From NCBI RefSeq assembly GCF_006345805.1, contig NW_021826268.1:1-35754 (forward strand): 35,754 bases of DNA, in the 5' to 3' direction. The position numbers and the translations under genes are program-made. Position 1 is the first letter of the stretch. Each line of letters begins with the position of its first letter. This document shows positions 1 through 10,416 of the stretch, one piece after another. The stretch comes from Octopus sinensis. Taxonomy: Eukaryota. Below the pieces are notes generated by a model, which worked only from the letters and a program-made list of their open reading frames with translations, made no database searches and was not told the origin of the DNA.

Positions 1-170
1 ACAGTTTTTGCTAGATTCTAGCAAAAAACTGTCCGATGAACGGCAACGGGAAACTCAGAGTAACAGGTTTTGTTGAATTTTCTGCTGCTTTAAATAAAGC
101 ATATTACTCTACCACTGGTATTTGAGTACTCTTTTTTCCACCTTGTTTCACATTTATGTGTTTACTCCGG
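1..170 (+). mobile_element. Penelope-like element terminal repeat (pLTR) fragment
   Basis: Hammerhead-like core at 29-71, AATAAA at 93-98, direct junction to a (TA)n tract at ~171, and a palindromic junction at 1-32. This layout matches PLE pseudo-LTRs. Confidence 0.6.
29..71 (+). ncRNA. Minimal type I hammerhead ribozyme (variant core CCGAUGA)
   Basis: Stem I CTGT(29-32)/ACAG(63-66), extendable by A24-27/T68-71. Core CCGATGA 33-39; stem II CG-GCAA-CG 41-48; GAAA 50-53; stem III CTC-A-GAG 54-60; cleavage triplet GTA 60-62. Confidence 0.6.
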
Positions 171-285
171 TATATATATATATATATATATGATCGAACA
201 CCACGCATCCATTTCCAAGTAAGTTTTATCTATCTATTAATCTATGTATTATGTGTGTGTTTGTGTGTGGTGTGTGTGTGTGTGT

Positions 286-325
<40 letters not shown>

Positions 326-332
326 GTGTGTG
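171..332. repeat. (TA)n and (TG)n microsatellites
   Basis: Directly visible dinucleotide tracts. Confidence 0.95.
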
Positions 333-1385
333 TATATCTTCATAACTATTCCCGATTTATTAGAATTATTTATATTTTTGTTTTCGCTTTTAAAGTGTGA
401 CTTTGCTAGTATCTCGTTGTGAGACTTTTACAAAAAAATCAAAATACACGTATTTTTTAAGAACATTAGGACAGCGACAACAACAATAGCAACAAGCTTC
501 TTAATTGAAAGCATTAAGGACACGAGGAAAAGTAAAAAAAAAAAAAAAAAAAATAAAGCAATAAACATCATGGCTCTGATTGAAGGTTTATTACGGTGAT
601 ATTGTTTGGCTTCAATCAATGTGAAAGCTATGTTGTAAACTGAAATATCGATATAGACAGGTGAATATAATCATACACACACGAGTGGGGACACAGACAG
701 ACACACACACACACACACACACGGTGGCTGTCAACTCGTTAGACGAGCGTGATCGTCACTGACAATTTATCTTATCCTGGATGTTGAACACAATGGCTGA
801 CAGCAATGGCCGTGCTGAAGTTTAAAAGTCAATAAACAGCTTGCACAACGTCGCCAAGGCTCTCACCTACAAAGCCATATAGTCCTGAAACCAGTAAGAG
901 CAGCAACACCTCCGGTTTTACAACGAGGTGGCTGTTATTCCGGAATTTCATTCTTGATATTTGCTTCAACGGATGTTTAGGCAATGACACTTCCCTGGTT
1001 TATCGCGCGCCTGGGCGTTACATCCGGTATTTCTATGTCCCCGAACGGAAGCGGAGGACATAGCGATACAAACAAAGATGCAGGTGTCGTATCAGTGTTT
1101 TCCTTGTCCAAGAAGAAACTAAGGGGTCCCTCACTCCCAGCTGTTGTTCAGCCGTTGACTCTATTGAGTTCATCCGTTTTTGTTTTTTTTTAGTTTTCCT
1201 TTTCGTCCTGCTGGGTGTCCAACAAAAATCATCCGCCTTACCAGGCAGGCTCGATAGGGTTGCCGGATTAGTCGCTGACAGCTCGATCATGCGGCAGGTT
1301 GTACTGCGTTACGTGTTACCAGTAGCACTTAGAGTAACCTGATGTACATATATCCATCCATCTATCCATCCATACATACATACAT

Positions 1386-1765
1386 GATATAATGCTTTGG
1401 AATAGAGAAGAGAAACTGTGGACTGTTGTGGGAATTAGCTGCTCAGCGGATATTAACATAAAACTGAAGATCAGTGAAAAAGAGAACACCTATGCTGAAC
1501 TATTGAGGAATTTGCAGTTACTCTATCGAGATTACAAGTTCAGGTTTATACCTGTAATTATTGGGGCCCTGGGATATGTAACACACTGCCGAAATACCAA
1601 TCTTGAGAAATTAGGCTTCTCAAAATCAGAAAGGAGAAAGCTAATTCGAAGGCTACAGATCCAATCCATCAATGGAACTGTAAAAATCTCTAAAACTTTC
1701 CCGAAGTTTATCATTTAAATATAAATGAGCATGTCTAGATGTGCAACTACAAGCATGAGAATACA
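1386..1765 (+). mobile_element. 5'-truncated RLE-type non-LTR retrotransposon (R4/Dong-like), C-terminal endonuclease region plus 3' UTR
   Basis: ORF 1392-1718 reads DIMLWNREEKLWTVVGISCSAD...EKENTYAELL...FIPVIIGALG, the typical C-terminus of restriction-like endonuclease LINEs. It abuts (CATC)n(CATA)n at the 5' side. Confidence 0.75.
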
Positions 1766-1950
1766 TCATCATTATCATCATTATTTAAAGTCCGTGTTCC
1801 ATGCTAGCATGGGTGGGGTTGTACCACAAGAGCCGGTTAGGCCGAAGCCTGCACCGGACTTCTGTGATTGTTTTGGCAGGATTTTTACAGCTGGATGCCC
1901 TTTATACCACCAACCATTCAGCAGAGTGGACTTAGTGCTTGTTATGCGGC
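1764..1950 (-). mobile_element. RTE-type 3' tail ending in (GAT)n
   Basis: Minus strand has GGGCATCCAGCTGTAAAA...CATGCTAGCATGGAACACGGACTTTAAATAATGATGATAATGATGATG, resembling RTE-derived 3' ends. Assignment is from recalled family features. Confidence 0.5.
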
Positions 1951-2993
1951 ACAAGCACAGGCGAGGTCAGTTTTGGCAAGGTTTTTTTTTTTACAGTAGA
2001 ATGCTCTTCCGAACACCAGCCACTTTACAGTGTGGACTGGATGCTTTTAAGTGTCACCAAGGGTCACCAAGTACTTGCAAGACAAAAACTTTTAAGAGGA
2101 GAGGAGGCATTGAAGGAGGCGATGGTGCGACAGATGTAGTTGTCTTGCTGAAGAGGAAGTACTCGGCCGGAGAGAGAAAGATCAAGAATGAAGACAGAAA
2201 GAAATGCGCTACCGCAAAGAAAATACACATTTGCCCAGCATGAGGAAAGTGCAGGAGAAGGAGAGAGGGAGGTGGGGAGAGAGAGCAGGAGACCGCCGGA
2301 TGGAGATGGTGGCAAAATGCCAGGCATGCTCAGAAGGAACAGGAATCAAAGTATAAATGAGATGGTTGAGAAAAGGAAGAGAAATAGTGGAAAGTGTCAG
2401 GGCATACCCTTGAGGTTCAGATGCAATAATATGAGTGACAGGATATTGTGAAGGGAGTTCGATTATACATGCATGCATACATACATACATATAAAAATAC
2501 CCTGTTGTTGATGATGAAATTCAAATGAAGGCGCCTTGGATCTAGGTTCGAAACCGGATCTTTATTGGCAAGAAATCTTGAAATAAAATTGAATAATAAC
2601 ATACATACGTCTACCTACGTACGTACCTACCCAGCCACATACTTATCTACACACAAATTTGAGAAACTAAAATAAGTTTAAAGAACTAACTCAGGGAGGC
2701 CAGTAACATCTCCATGCTATTGACTGAGGAAGGAAGCCAGCTAGGTCTTTTCTAAGGAACAGTCAACAAACTATGAAACGGTCCGTCAGGAGACTTCATC
2801 CCTTTTTTTTTTCTGCGCATCAATTGTATAAAAAGAATTGTTTATAGTTGTCTTTCTTAATTCACCGCGAGTCTTTATAAGATTGAAATTCATTTTACTT
2901 CCTGTGATCTATGCTGTCTTGTGTGTGTGTGCTTGCCTTGCACACAGACACTCGCTCACACATATACACACACACATTTATATGTGCATATAT

Positions 2994-3289
2994 CACGTGA
3001 TCACGTGACCGACCAGGCTATCAGATGCTGCTACACAACGCTAGTCACAATGCGCTTCGCATTGTTTTAGCCTTCAAATGACGCCACCCCGCTGGCTAAG
3101 CGAGCAGGCCAACAGAAGAAAGAGTGAGAGAAAATTGCGACGAAAGAGTACAGCAGGGATCGCCACCACCCCCTGCCGGAGCCTCGTGGAGCTTTAGGTG
3201 TTTTTCGCTCAATAAACACTCACAAAGCCCAGTCTGGGAATCTAAACCGCGAGTCCGCTGCCCTAACCACTGGGCCATTGCGCCTCCAC
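2994..3289 (-). mobile_element. Full-length tRNA-derived SINE (family C, tail type a) with 12-bp TSD
   Basis: Head GGAGGCGCAATGGCCCAGTGGTTAGGGCAGCGGACTCGCGG with A-box. Perfect TSD ATGTGCATATAT at 2982-2993 and 3290-3301. Confidence 0.85.
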
Positions 3290-3729
3290 ATGTGCATATA
3301 TACACACATAAATTATGAATATTTTTATACACACATATGTATATCTGTGCGCGCGTGTGTGTATAAATATAGTACACACACACACACACATATATATACA
3401 CAGTATAGTTATGCATTTGAATATATGCATGTATGTATGTATGTATATGAATATTTTCCGCTCTATGCAGGGCTTCACCGTCTCAGTGTGTACGATACTC
3501 AATCCTGCCATGAGATCGTACGTGGTTTTTTGAAAATCAAAACATATTTTGAAAAAAAACGTCCACATAAATTGCAATCTAGTTTTGGTGTAGTTTTAAC
3601 TGCCTCTGGTGATTCATCTTGTTGAACCTTGAATTGTTTCTTCAAACCTCTTTCAGATTGGAAGATCCTGTGGCATATGTGGCGTTGATAAGGACAACCA
3701 TAACGATGTTCTATAATCAGCAGGAAGTG

Positions 3730-4250
3730 CCCTATTTTGTGCTCTTATGTGAGATTTAAGTCCAGCTCCAAACAGACAGGTTTTATCACAATATGTACAA
3801 ATTAAAAAAAAAACGTCAAGTTCACGCTTCGTAACTTGTTTTTTTTCTCTTATTTTCCTCTTGACGATTACTCGTATTCGTCTGTTTTACTCAAACGTTT
3901 TCACACCATTCTATCTTTTTGAACGCCAGGTTGGGCGATCCGTTGCCTGAACCTTTTCTTTATATCACACACTTTATTTTCCTGAACAATTTCACCAGAG
4001 AACAATTGCTTCGAGGTTGGCTCGTCCTCCGTGCAGACAATATTTCCAGACCATCGCAGTTGATTTTTTTCAAAATTATTGCTTGGAAGCGACCAGATGC
4101 AGCAGGAACATCGGAGTTAGATTTGAAAGGTTTCCATTTTATTTTCAGCATAGGACGTAAACATGTTTGATAGAATAGTCTCAGGAGTTCGAAGTGATAT
4201 TTGTGACGTGTCCAAGTTTCAGAGAAGTATAGCACAAAGATTTTTTATCT
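3730..4250 (-). mobile_element. RTE-clade LINE ORF 3' fragment, degenerate
   Basis: Minus-strand peptides LYFSETWTRHKYHFELLRLFYQTCLRPMLKIKW, QLRWSGNIV..., KQLFSGEI and the terminal zinc-finger ICTYCDKTCLFGAGLKSHIRA. These match RTE post-RT motifs; frameshifted. Confidence 0.8.
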
Positions 4251-4941
4251 TCCAACTTAAAAGGAAGGTGAGGCTGGAGAGAGCCTGTCAAAGAAAATGT
4301 TCAAAGAAAGATGGTTGCATGTTGTAAGGGTGCTGGGAATGAAAGATTCCTCGTGAACATATCATAAGTCTGTATACAAAAGTTCCAGTAGGAGAATGGG
4401 GCTCGTGGGGTCGGAGCGTAAGCCATCTCTCTGCTTCATTTCATGTTTATTTCTTGTCCTTGTTGTATCTCATTCGATTTCATTATATTTTGTAAAATTT
4501 TAAAAGTCATATAATCATTGTGTGTCTGACCCCAATCAGGCTGTATTGTCCCCCTTTATGTTTGGGCCCTTGTGGCTAATATAGAAATTGGAAGTATAGA
4601 ACAAAGAATTTATAAACAGTTTTGTTTTGTTGTTGATACACAAATACGTACAAAGCATAGGAAAACGGACATACATCATAATGATGATGATGCGTACTGA
4701 GTGGAAGATTGTCACGTTAGAAACATGTTTCACTCTGGCTGCGTCTCTACAACTGAAACAGAATTTAAAACACTTTCTCTTCCATTTTTTAAAAAAGAAA
4801 CCATTTCCTCATCCGTTAAGACATTTGTGTTTTTGATATTGTCTGAAGCAGACGTTCGAATTAGCTAAAGGAGAGACAGAGAGAGTTATTCGTTCGATAT
4901 ATTAATATACGGCGCTTGCAGCTTTTTTTCAAAAAGTAATA

Positions 4942-5340
4942 ATGTCACTTGCAGTGAATTATTTCGATAGAAATGGAAAAATCTTTACGATGCTTTTCTA
5001 CACGATATTGTTGTTAATAATCACAACGTTTTGCTTATATATTCTCTCCAAAATTACGACGAAAATCCGACATCATTATCATTTCAAGTACTATAGAAAC
5101 CACTTCCGAATGGATGGGAAAACGATACTCATTACTGAAGCTACTTCGGGTACAGGTAGATCGATTGCCGAGTATCTTGTTGCGCAGGGTGCCAAAGTAA
5201 TCATGGCCTGTAGGAATTTATCTAAAGCGGAGGAAGTCGCCAATGAAATTCGAAATTCAACCGGTGTCGACCCGAAAAAGTTAAGCGTTGTCCATTTGGA
5301 TTTTATAGACCTCAACAGCGTCCGAGAATGTGCTAAAAAA
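4942..5340 (+). CDS. Retinol dehydrogenase 11/12/13/14-like SDR, exon 1 (133 codons)
   Basis: N-terminal hydrophobic anchor (MLFYTILLLIITTFCLYIL), then DGKTILITEATSGTGRSIAEYLVAQGAKVIMACRN and VVHLDFIDLNSVRECAKK. GTGAGT donor at 5341, phase 0. Alternative ATG at 4990. Confidence 0.9.
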
Positions 5341-6779
5341 GTGAGTTTTTAAAATATTCTTTGTGTATTCGGTTTTATTCATTTCCGTTAAACTGTCATG
5401 GAATGGAACTAAACTCATTGTAAATCGAACAGATCGATTGGTTTCCATTCCGGATTTATGTTTATCCATTTCAAGTAAGCTGCTGAACCACTGAACCTCT
5501 GAGAAAGGCATGAATGTCACTACATCTCATTCTTTCCAATAAAATGTCTGCCTTCAACCTAGTTTGGCACGGGTCCCTCAAGTTCTGCAAATATGAACCC
5601 TATTCACCTCTTATTATTTAGATGATAATTTTGTTATTTTTAAAAGGGGTTGGTCTTTAGGAAGGAGCTATATCCATGGCCCATAGGAATGGCTGATTCC
5701 ATGGCCTGTAACGAGAGGCTGCCTTCTTGACCAGTGAGGAAAGCTGTTCCCTTGACTTACAGAGAAACTGCCCATGGCCTTAACATGTCCTCAGAAACAA
5801 TGGGATCAGTGTGGTTAATATTTCTCTTAAACAGTTGAAAGTTGACAACTGAATGACAAGCCTATAAGGGAGCCTATATGTGATCGCTCAGCTTGCTAGA
5901 AATAGCAACCAAATCTTCCTCAAGGAAGAATGCATTGGATAATGTAGTCATTGATACATTATGTATGAAAATTAGGATAGAATGATCACGACAGAAGTGT
6001 GTTTGCTTCAAGGTTAACTGATGTCTGCCACACTTTGTACAGTCATGATGTATTTCTTATCGCTTTCAATCAAACATGCTGCTTCATAGATTATGTTACC
6101 CTTCAATACTTCTTAACATTCTATACACGGATGTCAGCCACACGCAATCTACACCCCTCATGTGAAAACATGCGCCACGTCTATAGAAATAAATTTTGAA
6201 AATGTCCTTTAATGGGGGCGGGTTGATGGCAAAGCAGCATCACAAAGTGTACATTTCTTCAACGTGTCAGCTTTGATCAATTGCTGACCCCTCCACAAAA
6301 CTCATGTAAGACCCATAACTGAGCTCCTTTCTTTAGCGTCAGGACATCAAGATTGGATCAATTTCTGATCTTTTGTTTTTAAGTAAAAGTCGCAATCTGG
6401 GGTACTATTTTTACATTTGTTACGCTATCGTTCTTGCAAGACATATTCACCCCGGGCAATATCCAAAAGAAGGCTATCTCACGGATACCCATTCCCTGAT
6501 ACACTGTAAGTTCTGGCTGTCGAGGGAACCTCTGCACCGCTAGAGATAGCTGATAATCTTCTCTCAAATAACAGCTGGAACAAATATCATGAAGCGTTTT
6601 TCCCGACGCCCTGAGCACCCTGCTAATTGACCGTGAGGAAAGTTGTCCCCTTGGCTTATAATTTTAATTAAACGTCGTCCCGGGTATCTGATTAATTGTT
6701 GCCTGAGGACAATCAGAGATCAAACCGATGGAAATAGCAAGGCGATATAAATATTTTAAGTAAAGACAAACGCAGCATA

Positions 6780-7228
6780 TCGACTAGTTAAGAAGTTCGT
6801 TTGGTAATCACGAGATTCCGGGTTCGATCATACAGCTAGGTATTTGGGTATTTTATCACAGCTCCGGGCATCAACAAACTTTGTGTGGATTTGGGTGGAC
6901 AGAAAGTGTTTAGGAGTCTGTCGGGTGGATTACACTTGTAATTGAAAGATCTACCCTGTTCACATAATGTGTTAGGCTGATGTTCCTTGAGAATTACATC
7001 AAGGGTACATATGATCCTTAGTGTAGCTAGAGTGTGTGCCGCCCCCAGACCCCAGAAAAAACATATTGCTGACAGCAAACCCAAAAGTGCCGCCCGGAGC
7101 GGACCGACTCTACACCCGTGCATATGACTGCGGTATACACAGCCCCATCAAACGTTAATTCGAAGAGTTAGTCATTCGATTGATTGAAGAACTCTATACT
7201 CATCGTCGAAACCGACGGAGGACCATCT
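6780..7228 (+). mobile_element. Old chimeric SINE (family A-like 5' body plus family D 3' domain), interrupted by a ~115-bp GC-rich MITE-like piece (~7020-7135)
   Basis: 5' part resembles the family A body (GGTTCGATC...TGTGGATTTGGGTGGACAGAAAG). 3' part resembles the SINE at 31700-31980 (GAGAATTACATCAAGGGTACA...CGTTAATT...TCATCGTCGAAACCGACGGAG). Confidence 0.45.
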
Positions 7229-7264
7229 ATTTACACACTAAAGCAGGGAACATGATACACAATG

Positions 7265-7410
7265 GTTTTAAATTTTGGCACAAGGTCAACAGCTTTAGGG
7301 GGAAGGGGGACAATCGATCAGATCAACTCCAGTATGCAACTTGTACTTGTTTTATTGATGTCGAGAGGATGGAAGGCAAAGTCGACCTCGGTGGAACTCA
7401 GAACGTAAAG
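7265..7410 (-). mobile_element. SINE family B (tail b), partial
   Basis: GGAAGGCAAAGTCGACCTCGG core shared with the copies at 11810-12245 and 34205-34420. Confidence 0.75.
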
Positions 7411-7449
7411 CGCCAAAAGAAATGGCGCCACCATTTTGTCAGACTCGTT

Positions 7450-7680
7450 TTATTTATATTATTTACAATTGACGGGTATTTGTCCTCATCTTGTTTGTTA
7501 TTAACACAACGTTTCAGCTGGTGTCTTCGAGAAATTTCGAACCTGGGTTCTCATTCCTAAGGTATTTTTCGATGTTGTTGTCGTTATTATTGCTGTTCAG
7601 GTCACTGCTTGGAATCGAACTCGGAATCTTAGGGTGAGTAGACCGCGCTCTTAACCACTACGCCATATGTCCGTGGGCTC
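7450..7680 (-). mobile_element. tRNA-headed SINE (family E)
   Basis: Minus-strand head TGGCGTAGTGGTTAAGAGCGCGG...GAGTTCGATTCC (A and B boxes), followed by a distinct AT-rich tail. Confidence 0.65.
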
Positions 7681-7799
7681 TTTTTTTGTTTGCTAACACA
7701 ACGTTTTGTCGAATGTAAATAATGTACGTAATTCATCGTGTCTTAAATATAGAACTGTATTATCGTTTTATATAGTTTTCTTTTTAAATTTGGTACTTG

Positions 7800-8146
7800 C
7801 TTCAGATATTGGAGAGCGCCCATGCTGGAGCACCATCTTGACTGGTTTTAGTCGAATAAACTGATCCTAATACTTATTCTGCTTTTGAAGTCTGGTAATT
7901 ATCCTAGCAGTCTCTATTGCCGAACCGCTACATTATGGAGATGTAAACGAATTAACACCGGTTGTCAAGCGGTGATGGGGGACAAACACATGACGGGCTT
8001 CCACACAGTTTCCATCTACCAAATCCACTCACAAGGCTTTGGTTGGCCCGAGGCTATAGAAGGCACTTGCCCAAGGTGCCATGAGTGGGACTGAACCTAG
8101 ATTCATGTGGTTGGGAAGCAAGCTTCTTACCACATAGCCACGCCTG
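7800..8146 (-). mobile_element. SINE family A, intronic, ~75 nt upstream of the exon 2 acceptor
   Basis: Shares CCAAATCCACTCACAAGGCTTTGG...CACTTGCCCAAGGTGCC...CTTACCACATAGCCAC with more than 8 other copies in the window. Confidence 0.85.
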
Positions 8147-8221
8147 GGAAAGTTTCTTTAAAAAAATGTTTTTCGTATTCGGAATTTGTTGTTAGCTTTG
8201 TTGTTTTGTTTCTGTTTTCAG

Positions 8222-8887
8222 ATCACTGCATCGGAAGATCGAATTGATGTATTGTTCAACAACGCTGGATTAGGATTAAGTCCTTTTAAATTAACCAAAC
8301 AAGGGTACGATTATGTATTTGGCGTTAATTACGTGGGACCATTTCTGTTAACCTATTTACTGATCGATCTACTGAAGAAATCTTCTCCCAGCCGAGTTAT
8401 CAACGTTATTCCATGTGGTGACACGTTCCTCAAAGAAGAACCAGATTTTTCACGACAACTAACACAAGAGTCAGACATAAAATATCCAAACCTTTTTGGT
8501 TACAACATGAGCAAGTTGGCTCAGATTTGGCACGCTAAAATCTTAAGCGAAAAACTGAAGGATTATCAAGTGAGCACAATCAGTGTTCACAGTGGGTCTG
8601 GTTCCAAGATAACAACAGATCAGAAGACAAACGGTATGTTGCTGGCGAAGATAGTCTCCCGTTTTTTCGATTTGATATCAAGAAAATTCAACATGTTACC
8701 TAAAGATGCTGCTCTGACCGTTGCCTATTTGGCTATGGATCCCAACTTGGAGGACATGTCTGGTCAATATTTTGAAAACATGAAAATTTCTCAAAATTTG
8801 AGTCCTTATGCGAAAGACAAACGACTAGCCCAGAAAATGTGGGACGTTTCCATGGAAATGTGTGGACTTTGTAAAAAAAACGAGTAG
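8222..8887 (+). CDS. Retinol dehydrogenase-like SDR, exon 2 (221 codons + TAG); spliced protein 354 aa
   Basis: Pyrimidine tract plus CAG at 8219-8221, phase 0 and in frame with exon 1. Motifs RIDVLFNNAG, FGVNYVGPFLLT, YNMSK (YxxxK), SGQYF and LAQKMWDVS. Confidence 0.92.
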   Translation: MTASEDRIDVLFNNAGLGLSPFKLTKQGYDYVFGVNYVGPFLLTYLLIDLLKKSSPSRVINVIPCGDTFLKEEPDFSRQLTQESDIKYPNLFGYNMSKLAQIWHAKILSEKLKDYQVSTISVHSGSGSKITTDQKTNGMLLAKIVSRFFDLISRKFNMLPKDAALTVAYLAMDPNLEDMSGQYFENMKISQNLSPYAKDKRLAQKMWDVSMEMCGLCKKNE

Positions 8888-9104
8888 AGTTTTTCATGGG
8901 GCGTCCTCCTTTGCGTTTTGTTTTAAAACATGCTTGTTTATCATTATCATTACTATTATTATTATTATTATTATTAAAAATAATACTCATTTCTAATTTA
9001 GGCATAAGGGCAGTAATTTTGAAGCGGGCGATAAGTCGATACCACGGGACCTGCAAATACTTAACTGGTGTTTCATTTAATCGATCTCCAACGGATAAAA
9101 GGCA

Positions 9105-9245
9105 ATCCCTTCGAGGTTAACTTTGTTTTCCATCCTCTCGGGGTCGATAAAATAAGTACCAGTTGAGCACTGGGGTCGATGTAATCGACTTAACCCCCAT
9201 CCACAAAGTTGCTGGCCTTGTGCTAAAACTTGAAATCATTGATAT
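9105..9245 (+). mobile_element. SINE family B (tail b) fragment in the probable 3' UTR of the SDR gene
   Basis: CATCCTCTCGGGGTCGATAAAATAAGTACCAGTTGAGCACTGGGGTCGATGTAATCGACTT core. A candidate AATAAA follows at 9294-9299. Confidence 0.8.
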
Positions 9246-9482
9246 TATTGTTGCTATAATTTTTTTTCATTGAGAAAAAGTAAATTATATATAAATAAAA
9301 AACACATTCATTGTTATCATGTTGAATTTTTGAAATTTTGATTTTGTCTTCGGGATACAAAAACAAAACAGGTTCGTTTTAGCAATATATTGATTTAATT
9401 TTTTTAATTTTTATGTGTTTGCTTTCAAAATGGACGTTTTATTAACAACATAGATCTAGTGAAAGGAAAAATCGAAGGAAAA

Positions 9483-9858
9483 TCTCTCTATATGTAAAGC
9501 TGAAGTTGTCTGTGTATGGCAGGTTTGGTAGCCTTCAACTAACACTGTCTCCTCCGAGGCCCTGAGGCGCAAGTTGACCAAAATTGAGAGTATGATAGAA
9601 GAAGGCTTGCTCTTCCTTCCGTAGAAGAAAAATTTCAAATCGGACCATGTTAACACCAAAAATTATTTACATCAAAAGGTGCTTTTTTTTCTATGGAAAT
9701 CCTTATTTTTTACGATTTTTTGTCTGCTGTGTCGCCATTTTTCGGTGTATTTCCCTTAAAGAGAATAACAAGCTACATGATGCAAAATTTTTACTTTTCA
9801 AAATTTCCAATTCTAAAGGTTCGAAACAAACCCGAGCAACGCCGGGCTATACTGCTAG
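9483..9858 (+). mobile_element. Complete non-autonomous Helitron (376 bp)
   Basis: Starts TC (9483) after A. Hairpin CCCGAGC-AAC-GCCGGG at 9831-9846, ends CTAG (9855-9858) before T. No TSD. Confidence 0.8.
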
Positions 9859-10416
9859 TTAAAAGTATAAAATCAAATTATCGAGAACCGTCTCCCCCCA
9901 TAACTACCTAAAAGTAAAAAAGTGAGGTGCGCATGTGGAGTGGTTAAGATGACGGGTGGGGAGCAAGAGGTTGTATTTGCCAGACCATATGGTGTGTCCA
10001 GCTGCGCCTCACGAACATGATTGCAAAAGCGTTGCCATGGAGATTGGCCGGCGATACTCGCTGCAGCAACCATCCCGCCACACGGCGCTCATTTCTCAGC
10101 CGGGCCGCAGTTATCCCGATTTTGCAGAGGAAATCAGCAGCGAGGAGTCCGAGGATATATGAGGTCTACCTTGAAGATCTATCCAGGCTGAAAATGTATT
10201 GAGTTGTCGGTAAATTTTCAAAGTAACTTACGTACGATTTTCACTGTGAAAAAAAAAACTTGGATTTTTTGCGTGGAATCAAGTACTCTGACCTAATATA
10301 CTGCAAATCCCTTATTTTGGTTCGGAAAAGTCGGGGGAGGGGGCGAAGGGGGGAGACCCCTCCCCTTTCCGGAATCATTGGAAATTTTTTTTTCGTTGAA
10401 TGAATTCCTGTGACAT

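Noticed and set aside
2520-2575. Hammerhead-like GAAA-CCGG palindrome after a hairpin
   Set aside because: The upstream core reads CAAATGA (invariant G5 missing) and the U of the cleavage triplet is absent. At most a dead relic.
6703-6745. Second hammerhead-like motif CTGAGGA...GAAA
   Set aside because: Stem II needs a bulge, stem III has a mismatch, and no stem I pairing can be formed.
8186-8221. ORF-track start MLLALLFCFCFQ as a signal peptide
   Set aside because: This is the intron polypyrimidine tract; the true exon starts at 8222 after CAG.
9956-10202. Short ORFs that might be a transposase C-terminus
   Set aside because: No recognisable catalytic or family motif in any frame.
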